Origin: Ramazzottius varieornatus
Taxonomy: Eukaryota > Animalia > Tardigrada
Length of the DNA: 64,000 bases
Assembly: GCA_001949185.1 (NCBI GenBank)
Contig: BDGG01000007.1
Span: 383,401 to 447,400, forward strand
Direction: 5' to 3'
Shown here: piece by piece, positions 40,038 through 50,328 of the stretch
Layout: every line of letters starts with the position of its first letter
Position numbering within the stretch: position 1 is the stretch's first letter
Notes under the pieces: generated by a model
The model's input: only the letters and a program-made list of their open reading frames with translations
The model's database searches: none
What the model was told of the DNA's origin: nothing
Made by a program: the position numbers and the translations under genes

Positions 40038-40611
40038 TCTCAAAGGAAAAAAGAGGAAGAATCACTGACGGTAAATTGAATTTGAAAACTCTGAGTCAGA
40101 ACTCAGAATGCACAGAATACGGAGTCGACCATTGATTATTGATCGGACGATCAACAGGTCGAGGACGGCCTCGTGCAGAGGGCGCTCCAAACTTCCGGTC
40201 AATCATCCTCCACCTTGTTCCGGAACTTGACCCTCAAAGCATTCTTCCAGGAACCGTGCAGTGACGTTCTCCTGTTTCGAGAATGACATCTTCATCTATG
40301 AATGCCTCAGCACATGAAGTAGCTCATTTTACTGCAGGTAAGCTCGCGCACTTCGGCGAGCTGTTTCTGGAACATGGTCGCGAACTCAGTCTCTTTTGTC
40401 GCGTTTCAAACGAATAAATAATCTCATAAGTCTCATCAGTTCCTTGATGAAATTTTTTCGAAGACTTACGCCCGAATTTGGATCGAGCGAGCGCTTGGAC
40501 GCAAAAGACTAAGAGACAGCTTTTCAAGGAGCTGGGTCGATGCGCGTTCTTTTGTGAACTCTAGACTGGAGGAAAGACGGAGGCAAAAGATGGGAAGAGC
40601 TCCATACGCTG

Positions 40612-40619
40612 TATAAAAG
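40612..40619 (+). promoter_or_regulatory. TATA box (tataaaag) of the small orphan gene
   Basis: Consensus TATAAAAG about 30 nt upstream of a short first exon that ends at donor gaagcag|gtttaa (40677). Confidence 0.6.
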
Positions 40620-41204
40620 GACCTGGCGTCCCGACGATATTTACATGGTACAAACGAGAAACAGAACGAGAAGCAGGTTTAAACCTTCATTGATGGACGG
40701 CAACGAGTATAATATGGTAAAAATGCGAGCCGATGTTCGCTTGACTTCCGGCTCTGGATGATCTCTGTGTGTGAGTTATGAGAAGCGCTTATCGGATGTC
40801 AATAGATTGTCAGACTACGCCTTTCGTAAGCGGGAAAAGATCGCTACATGGGCAAGGTACTCAAAATCACGCGGAGGCCTCTCATCCTAATGCTTGCGTT
40901 TCCAGTAGAGGACTTGATGTGCATAACCCTTTCTAATGAAGGTTACAGGTGCCACGGCACACTATTAAAGATATCGATCGCGGATAGTACCGAACGTTGT
41001 ATGAATGTAAACCCCAACAACGCTCTAATCTTCAAACTGAAGCGAGCTAAACGACAGATATTTTTGGCTACACATTGCGGGCAGGTGTTAGACACATCCC
41101 AGTTCCAACATCCCATCGATCTAGAGCGTTCGTGATTGCATTGAGCAAACAATTTAGATAAATAACGTGCTTAAAGTGATTGCAGGTCATCTTCTCCAGC
41201 AATA

Positions 41205-41420
41205 ATGTCAGAATCTGCCGCCTCTGCTGCCGAGACAACTTTGTGGATGAAGGAGAAGACGGAAGTGAAGGACGGGAAGAAGATCCATACGCTGGAGAAG
41301 GAGACGGTCGGGCCGGACGGGGTCTCCATGTTGCACACGGAAAAGCAGAAGACCTACATTGACAAAGATGGTCACGAGCACACCGAAGTCAAGAGCAAGA
41401 CCAAGCCAATCTACGACTAA
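41205..41420 (+). CDS. small hydrophilic K/E/T-rich orphan protein (71 aa)
   Basis: Clean ORF with strong GC3 codon bias, upstream acceptor ttgcag at 41185, AATAAA at about 41607. Confidence 0.75.
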   Translation: MSESAASAAETTLWMKEKTEVKDGKKIHTLEKETVGPDGVSMLHTEKQKTYIDKDGHEHTEVKSKTKPIYD

Positions 41421-41632
41421 CCTTTCGGCTCTCCGTGGGACGACATTGGCTTCTTACAAAGGGCATCTTAGTACCTGTGTCATACCGCTGTGTCGTGAAC
41501 TCATTTGAAGTCACCCATTTCACTGTTCTGTTTCTCCGTAGTTGCTTTAAGGTTTCACGCAATGCTACCAATCTCTTTTTACACCCGATGGATGCATGCC
41601 TCACACAATAAATTACAGTGTGCGACATTATC

Positions 41633-42141
41633 TACTGTAACTCTCGTCCAACTCGACGATAGAAATGCCCTACCCGCGCATTTCTGCCCAGGATCGTGGA
41701 TGGTATTTACTGAACAGCGTGGAAACCGATCAGCCGATCCCATATTAAAGGACCATCCAGTATGAAGTGGTCCTTGATTGACTTAAGTTGATTGGTGAAG
41801 ACCGACCGAAAAATCCAGTGTTCACCCGCGTCGTTCGCATGAACATAACTCTGCAGTCCGCTGTTAGATCTGCACTCTTTGGGTTCAAAATGAAGCCAAG
41901 GAACTGATCTTTCGAACGCAAGACAAGAACGAATCACATTGTGCAGACAAGTGACTAAAACTAAACTCAAGTACGACGGGACATATGGCTGCCGTTGGTC
42001 TGACGAGAATGTTGTGACGTCAAAACACGTCATGGGATCAGCTGTTCAACTCCATTCTCGCCGTAAATACTATCCACGATCCTGGGTAGAAATGCGCGGG
42101 TAGGGCATTTCTATCGTCGATTTGAACGAGATTTTACAGTA
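41633..42141. mobile_element. Tc1/mariner-like MITE with ~75-bp TIRs and TA ends
   Basis: tactgtaa..cgacgatagaaatgccctacccgcgcatttctgcccaggatcgtggat / atccacgatcctgggtagaaatgcgcgggtagggcatttctatcgtcg..ttacagta. Confidence 0.85.
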
Positions 42142-42743
42142 TCCTCTTTGTAGTTTTGTAGTGAGGAGTGTGGTACGTTCACAGTAGGGCGAAGCAAACC
42201 CGTTGCAGAAACATATACCGACTCCATGGCAGAATCAGAAGAGAAAAGAGGTTGCAGATCGATAGGGACGAAAGGAACTGTAGCATTTCCGTCATGCAAA
42301 GTTTACAAACAGCGACCCGGTTGGTATCCGGTATGCCGGCGACGAGAGGCCGCACACAGGGGAGAACTATACGCCTGGGTTCTTTAAATTTGTTGTATGG
42401 ATACAGTCTACGCTCGAGCCTGAACGTATAGCAGGTACATGCAGTATATAATTAACACCTTGAGCACTGGGCGATTTCGTGCTTTCAGAATACGATGCGG
42501 GAAAGTCACTTTCGCCATGTTTTAACTGGTTGAAACTTGGGGGCGGTGCCAAATTAGACCAATCACCACCTCATCGGTTGGCCAAAATTTGGAATATGAT
42601 GTAGAGTGCGCCACCTGCCAACTCAAAACGGCCAGGCTTCAAGGGTTTTTTAATGACCATTGGGCAAATCTTTGCACGTTCGGCATCCTTCGCTACACCA
42701 CGAAAGTTCTCAGATCCGCCATACTGGACGTTAGCTTTTGCAG

Positions 42744-42967
42744 ATAAAAATAGCGATGGGTTTCTTGATATGGACGAAGCTCGTCTTTATGCTATCGACA
42801 GGTAGAAACCTTTTATGCCTTGCAAGAAAGTCAGTCGTTCCTTTCCTCCATTTCCATTCGAAGCACTCAACGTAACCACGGTAACTCTGGACTGGTACAT
42901 CGCTATGGATAAGGACAAAGAGGCCTTCATTTCACCACAATAATTCGATGAAGACCTTCAAGAATAG
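42744..42967 (+). pseudogene. degenerate EF-hand protein fragment
   Basis: DKNSDGFLDMDE EF-loop after acceptor ttttgcag. The second loop MDKDKEAFISPQ*FDEDL has an in-frame stop and an incompatible splice phase. Confidence 0.45.
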
Positions 42968-43519
42968 AGCAGGATTCTTCAGATCGAGTTCATAGATTGA
43001 AATTTCATCGATTATGTCTCTACCCCGTGATCCCAGACTTCTGAGGAACCTTGCCCACAACCCAATTGTTTCTCGCACTGTAACATCAGTACAATGAATT
43101 GTTCATTTCATAGATGGGTTGTTACGGACTGAAATTATTCGGATACCGATCAAGGTGTTGAAGTCAGAGAGACTAGTGTCGCCGAATACTACGGAAGAAC
43201 GTCCAAATATTTTGATTGTTCAATAGCATTGTCGAAAATACACAACAATATTATGACGATCGAGCATGCGTAGTGCGACACACGAGAATGAGCTGCGTAA
43301 TCTCGGCGTCGAGTGGTCAAGTGTGGTATAAAGAACACAAAATGTGCTTCTTATCACAAGCAACTCGCTGATAAGGCAGGCAAGGTATAAGTGTTTCAAA
43401 AAACCCGTAAGTTCTCGTTATGTATTCCACCGGAAGACCGGTTGTGAAACCCGAATAAGCATTGTTGTCATTATGGAGATGCACTCTGTCTGGGCGTCGT
43501 TTCGGTATCCTCGGCGAAA

Positions 43520-44984
43520 ATGAAAAAATTGGTCTATCTTATTTCACCCAAACGATCCAAGTCTCTCGCCATTGCACAAGGATGTTTTCTTCTCATCGTG
43601 GGACTACTCTCAACCATTTTCGTAATGACCAACAACTCTGGTTATGGCATGACACAAAGAATCTGGAATTCGTTTGCTGGTGTCGGAGGCAAAATGGCCT
43701 ATCCGTACTTGAGCCTGGAGGAAAGAGTCGTCGATCTGGATAACAAGTTGTCCGATTCCGGTTCTTCATTTGGGGCTTCCGAGCTTGACTCTTTGGGAAG
43801 TGGCTGTTCGTATGATCGCCCAGAACTGGTTCGTGCGCAGCCACTAATGCGGGCGGTGGTGGTGTACTTCTCGGTACCTCAGTTGAACGTCTACCTTGAC
43901 CAGCTAAAATGGTGCATGCGAAGCCTGCTGGAAATGATGAAGAACGAACCGCCCTTGTGGAGGACTGACATGGTGGTGTACGTGGAGAATATTACGTTGC
44001 CGCATTTGCTGGATCTGGGATGTTCTACGACCGCACGACAGAACAGTTCGGAACCTTTCAGGTGCATTCTCGTGGAATACATTCGGATAGAAAATCGCAA
44101 GCTGACCGTAAATTCCACAGGTAACACCAGAACCCCGATCTTCAAAGAATACTATGGGAATTATAGTCGAATTATTTTCAGAGTACGAGCGGGATGCAGT
44201 GACTCAATTGAAGGAGTATCCATACGGCGAATCCATTATGCCACTGGCGGAGAACCCAACTGCATACGCCAACTACGACTACGTAATTCGGACCGACTTG
44301 GATGTTTTCTTCACACCAGCGTTCGCTAAATGGCTTCCGCCTCACTGTGCTTTCATCTCCGGAAGTGGCGGCTACGGTGACCAGTACAACATGCAGAAGC
44401 TTGCACATGTGGCGAACTACAGCGGAATCTACTTCAACACTACTGTTTGGAATATCGGCTCGACATGGATCGGCCCACCGGCGCTGGTCGCCAAAGTGGC
44501 TGAACGCACTGTACACTGGATGATCCACTTGAGCAAAGTCGAGTTCTCGCCAAAGATGCGGACGATGGCATTTTGGAGTATGGCGGCTATGTGGCCTGAA
44601 TGGCATTACGGTGTGCTGTCCATGTATGGCGCACATCTAGCCATCAACGAGATTCTCCAGCTGGGGAACAAGTACCCTTTCCAGAAGACTGATCTTGACC
44701 ATCCGACTACGTCACAAGCTAACTGTACAACGGATGGACCGATACATTTGCATACGTATCAAAGTCCCGAGTACTTTAGCAAGTATGTGTTTACCGAAAG
44801 AAGATACGTCGGTGACAATGCTCTACCTACTGTGCTGAACAGTACGCGATGCTGTGACTATGCCGGTTATATCGCGGCGGATTCCCTAAATATGACGTCT
44901 TTTGAGCTTGCTATTAGATTGAAGACGGCTAAGCTTGCATTGGATGAAAGAAATCCGGCAATCGTTCTGGGAACACAGTTTTGA
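43520..44984 (+). CDS. type II membrane protein with a DxD glycosyltransferase-like domain; exons 43520-44120 and 44182-44984
   Basis: N-terminal TM. A 61-bp intron (cag|gtaac...ttttcag) joins the two ORFs in frame. Motifs YDYVIRTDLDVFFTP, NIGSTW, WPEWHYGVLSMY. Confidence 0.8.
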
Positions 44985-45480
44985 TCTCAGTAGAAATAAA
45001 AATCCCGTTGAAACTCTGCATAACTCATCCTTCTTTCATAAGTTGGACGAAATGTACTTTTCTCGACTTCTGGGTAACTCTGGCGGACGTTCCTTGGGAA
45101 TATTTGACCCAAAACCAAACAGATCGAGCGATCCGTATGGATAGCTGGTTTCAGCACGCAGGCTAGAGGCTAAGCGGAAGCCTGAAGCTTTTTTGCTGAT
45201 CTGTGATAGCGCAGCGAGGATCCCGTTAAGATAGTCGCGTTATCGAGGTCCAACAGCTTATTAGCGTTGTTGTTTGTACTCATCTTACTGTCTCGTGCTT
45301 GGTAGTGCTTGGTAATTAACTACTGCCTAAATGAGGATACGTCGACTACCTGAAAGCAACAAGAGACATGGGGATAACTTCAGTGTACAACAGAGCGACG
45401 TATACATCGAGACTGGTCCCAGAGGCAGTAAAATTCGACCGAGATGGAGGGGTCGTTCCATTTCACTGCAGAAGTATGTT

Positions 45481-45798
45481 TTATGCTGAGTGGGATTCTC
45501 TTTTGTGGTGACGACTGTTCCGGGCAGGTGTCATCGAGATGTGAGTTGAGGTCGGTCCGACTGAGTTGCCTTCGAGAAGAGCCAGCTCGTCGTCGGGTAA
45601 GGAAGTGCTCATGGAGGGTCCCGACGGAATGTGGCCATGGTTATTGATCCGGGTTCCTTCTTGTGAGGTTTTCTGCCAGAGCCACAACTCGTCAAGCTCA
45701 TGGTAGCCTTCGTTGAAGACCAGTACGACCAACGTACCAGCTAGAAATGCAATCGCGGTGGTTAAAATAATGTTTCTTTTGTAGGCCGTCGGCAACAT
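45481..45798 (-). pseudogene. truncated type II membrane (glycosyltransferase-like) 5' fragment
   Basis: MLPTAYKRNIILTTAIAFLAG TM plus stem resembles the start of the GT32 at 49522 (MLVTHRRKFVLTVIPFCAG). No intact catalytic domain follows. Confidence 0.4.
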
Positions 45799-46064
45799 AT
45801 CGACGCTAACATTCTGTCACACCAGCCTCAGAAAAGTATGTAGTGTCGGGTCAGCCACCATCAAGCTAGACACAGTATCTTCATGCAATAACTTGGCGAA
45901 GACATAATCCAGCTTTGGCTGGTGCAAATTCTTATCTTCGAAGCGATATCCTTTTCTTTACCAGTATACACCTTTCGATAACGATAACGCGCGATTGTAA
46001 TGGATGGAAATACAGAAATCCTTACGTACTTCTTCGTCGTGACCTTACGTGTTTAACAATAACT

Positions 46065-46779
46065 CCCGTGTGGTCTGCAACTCTCTTCCCGACTCCTCTA
46101 AGCAGACTTGCCGCCGAAGAACCGACACTTCCGTGCGTCTCGATACCAACTGGGCCGAAAAATTACCAACTTTCCCGGTTCCGGTACTTTGTCCGCTTGA
46201 GATCTTTGGCTTTGTTGGCTACATACCGCGAGCTCTCCTATCTCAGTACACCATGGGGATCGGGTATTGCGTGAGACTAACAAATAACCAGGGCATGGCG
46301 CAACGATTCGTTGAAGGCCGAGTGTCACCTTTTGCAAATGGAAGGCTCGCTTTCTTCCAGACCAGATCAGTCATATTGGCGTTCGTTATCTTTTTGGCAC
46401 TGCTGCGAAGTACATCATCAAAGTTGCGATGTAAATCTGGAAATTTCCAAACAGGACTACAGTGCAAAGCGTATAACAACTTTGGCAGAAACAAACACTT
46501 CTTCAACAAAAATAAAGCCTGATGGGCAGCTAATTTCCCCAGTCTTGTTGCCATCAGCTCTCCTTGGCACGTCGTCTCTTGTAGGACTGCTGGTATTGCT
46601 TCAGTAAGAACGGGAGCTTCCAGAAGCTTCAGGTCCACGCTGCATCTGATGGTACGGTCTTTGCAGGACTGGCCGTCTCTGTGCTTGTCCAGACCACCCT
46701 GAATCTTTGTTTTCTTGTCACATCGGTCACACTCGAACGGCGCTTGGCTGGGCATATTGCTAAAACGAACACCATCCAC
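46065..46779 (-). mobile_element. internally deleted CRE-like (restriction-like endonuclease) non-LTR retrotransposon remnant
   Basis: Zn finger FECDRCDK..KH. Post-RT block HQALFLLKKCLFLPKLLYALHCSP..FDDVLR..WKKASLP. In another frame, the REL-type C-terminus AKDLKRTKY..*FFGPVGIETHGSVG, which contains a stop. Confidence 0.75.
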
Positions 46780-47518
46780 GAAAGAAACAAGACTGTGAAT
46801 CGCAGAGATGAGAGTCCACTTACCTGGATATCTGCAGGGAAATGGTAACTCCTTGTAGGGTAGCTTGATCCAAACAGTACCCCTGTGTTATCCAACGAAG
46901 ACATGTAGCTATATACTCTGGTGCAACCGCTGTTCAAGACGAAATGGGGTGGGGTCACAGAGAAACGAGCGACCAGAGCTGGAAGAAGGAGACTGGAAAA
47001 TTGGTTTTCGGTCTGGACTTTCGGTGGGTATCTTTATGCCTGACTTTTAAAACACTGGACAGCATTGGTTCTTGATTGACTGAATAGCGACAGGCACGGG
47101 CATCTCTCTACGAAAAAGATTCCACCTGCAACACTGCGCGTGGCAGATTTCTCACAGCAGCACCCTAGGGCACGAAGCGTACCTGGTAAACTCATGTGGC
47201 CGTCTGGCAGTTCATAAAACACTGCTGCAGGAGAAGGAAGGTGATGGGGGAGCGTACGCAGTCCAGGAGACAAGAAATTGTAATGTTTGAGACATAGGGC
47301 AACGAACCTTTAATAGTGTTCACGTCAAATTAATTGCTTCCCACGATGCAACAAACTAGCTGACAATCAAGATAGAGCCAAGAATTAGCTACTTATAAGC
47401 CTTGAGCCATAAGTCAGGGCCATATTCGCAAATCACCATCGGATGTCACGTTTTTTTTCCAAATCACCATCGCATGTCATTTCTGTCGTTTGTTTTCCCA
47501 AACCGAACGAAGGAATGT

Positions 47519-49522
47519 TTAAGGAGCTGCAAATATCTCATCGCGAAAAAGAGGATTAACTAATGGTAAGCTTTGATTATGATAGATATACTGTAACATC
47601 TCCTTGAACGAGGTCGCTTCTCCTTCGAGATCCTTGCTAGTGTCAACGGCCACTCCGGCGAGACGCTGGTACGAATGAATCGCAGCAGAGTCTTTCCACT
47701 GTATCATTCCATATTGCTTAAAAAACTGGTCGAGAATGTTTCCTGCGGGGAATGGGTTGTTGCAGACGTGGTCGACCACGTATACTTCATCTGGCAGAAC
47801 AGCGGACAAGTAGGTACTGACGAAGGCCTGATTAAAGTTCCAGTCGTCCACGTAGATGTCCCTGTAGCTCCGTCGCCAAGCCCATAAAAATAACGAATCT
47901 TTGTGGCCAGCTACTAGACCTATGTTGTTGCCGTCTTGGTCGCCATAACAGGTAACTGCTTTTCTTCTTCGAAGGATTTCTTTGATGCGTTCCCCTCGAA
48001 TGAAGTACACATCGAAATCTGCAGTTATCCCTCCGTACTCGACTAGTACATCGAGCTTCGCAATGTCGGCTGAGTGTTCTATAAACCCGATTTTCTTTGG
48101 CTTTCTTCTACGCATACCTACATCGATGGGTCTTTCCATCGATATGTGCTTGATCAGTTTTCGCGAGGTCAAGTTTAGCCAGTACGGCCCTACATCGAAC
48201 AGTACGATGATTCGATCGAATAATAGAGGTTAATATCGAATTTGAGCAGTGCAGGAAATTTGATTAGCGCAGGAGCTCAGCTCCACGCACTGCTTGCGCT
48301 AATCACGTGAGGTTGAGACTCGCTAATCGAAACCCGCGATTAGCGTGACTTTTCCGGAACCATTTGCAAAACATGTATCAGTTTTCGAAGATCAGTTCAG
48401 GTCAAGGTATCAAACTGATCAAAACTTCGAATTCAAAATAGGCAAATTGGTAGGAGATTCTCAGTTTTCATTCTAAAAGCTGAAGCGCATCAGTAATTAA
48501 ATTCTATTCTCTGAGAATAGGCACAGTTAAAGGTAAAGTGAAATCGAGAAAGAGGTTAAAGCTGCAGTTGAAGACAAAGTGTCTGTTGTGGTAAAGCCAC
48601 AGTTAGACCTGCAGTTTCGTATAATGCTCAAAGTCACAGTCACACCCACAGCTACAGTGATAAGTTTTAATCTGTCGTCCGATATAAAAGCCGCAGTTAA
48701 GTGTGTAGTTATGAGTGCAGTTTGACGAACAACTCACAGGCGAAGTCAGGCCTCGAAAGACAGTTAGAACAGCAGTTGGCACTTCATTGGGATATCTTGT
48801 GAAAAACTCTAAAATTTGGGAAGAGTTTTGGAAAGAAATGGCCGCAAAACAACTTGGTCAGAAAGCTACTCAAATTACTCGCTCACTGGATAAGCAGTCC
48901 ATATGTTTTAATCAAGAATCAGGCGTCGATTAGCCAAGAGAGTTCAAGTAATTCGGCTGCACCCACATACCGCATCTTGATTGGCTGATTCCTGCTCGAA
49001 TCAAGCTCGCTAAGCTAATCAAATTCGATATCAACCTCCCTAATGTTCAGAAGACACACTTGATGTGCGGAAACCGGAATGGTCTGGTTTGAAAGTTGAC
49101 GTTGTCCTATAACAGTCTGATCAAGCGTTACCTGATGGTACAAAGTCGCCGTGTAGTACGATCTCATCTGGTTTGAGGTACTGGACAGCAGACATGACAC
49201 TGAGAAAATCAGTAAACTTGAACTCAGTATCCCCATTCTTCGGCTTGAATCTTATGTAGTGGAGGTATAGCGGTTTCGGTAAGCCGTAAACTGGTGGTTC
49301 GTCAAGAGTATGTTTGTGAAAGTTGCGTTGAGACTGGTTGGCTACGGCATGTTCCGGTCGGGTATAATGTCCCTCTCGTTTGCTGTGTTGTTCTCGGAAT
49401 GTCTTCTCAAAAAGCAAAGCTTTCCGCTTATGATACACTTCGCTGATGGTCCAAAATGCAAAAATTCCAGCACAAAAAGGGATCACCGTCAGTACAAACT
49501 TTCGTCTGTGCGTCACCAACAT
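47519..49522 (-). CDS. GT32-family (alpha-1,4-GlcNAc/Gal transferase-like) glycosyltransferase; exons 49522-49132 and 48189-47519
   Basis: N-terminal TM, LHYIRF, FLSVMSAVQYLKPDEIVLHGD, HSADIAKLDVLVEYGGITADFDV (DxD). The splice VPSG|PYW is in frame. Confidence 0.85.
48226..49038. mobile_element. non-autonomous TIR element inside the GT32 intron
   Basis: gaggttaatatcgaatttga / tcaaattcgatatcaacctc, with internal repeated cagtt motifs. Confidence 0.7.
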
Positions 49523-50328
49523 GCTGAGACATGAGGCTCAAGGAGAACAAGGTTAATGGTGTGACAATGGCACAGAAGGACAGCTACGCGCCGCGTGTGT
49601 ACATTACTCCCTTGTGGAGATATGATTGTTTGCCGAAACACTCTGCGGGCGATAACTTCTCTCCTAAGTTTTGATGCATATTGGAGTACACTTTGCTACG
49701 AATATCACTGCATGGCATATTCAACTACGAATACGCTCGGCCGTCCTTCACTAGATTCCGGACCTACAGCAACAGCAAGGGGTACAATTAATGTCCTCTA
49801 GAGGCACTTGGACTTTTGAGGCATCCAGTTAGCAGGCAACCGGATTGCCGATTAGGATGCCTGGCCTCCATTAACTGTAGTGGGTTATAGTGGTAGTCAA
49901 CTACCCCCAGATTACCCATATAAAGATCTTGATCCTCCACATCAAGCGTGCGGGTATTTGGAATCAGGGTCACGTACGGTGTCTCGGTATACTAGACGAG
50001 AGACTTAATAATCGAGAAAAACCGGAGATGCGAGGATGAACTGCGTATATGGTCTTGGTGCGCTCTACTTCGAGAATGATACTTTAAACTCAACCGGTGG
50101 GAATTAAACCCAAGAGATCTAAGTTCAGTTTGTCCGGATGGTTATGGTGCAGAGCAGGACAGTGTTGCGTCAGATGACTTGGTCATACTGTTCAGAGAAA
50201 GCCCACCTCAGGACATTGTACCAGAATTGGGGGGACAAGGTATTTAACCATTTCCGGAATGACGAACCGACGGAAACAAAGATCTTCTGTTCAATATATC
50301 CGTAAACTCAACAAGTTTTGTAGTAGTT

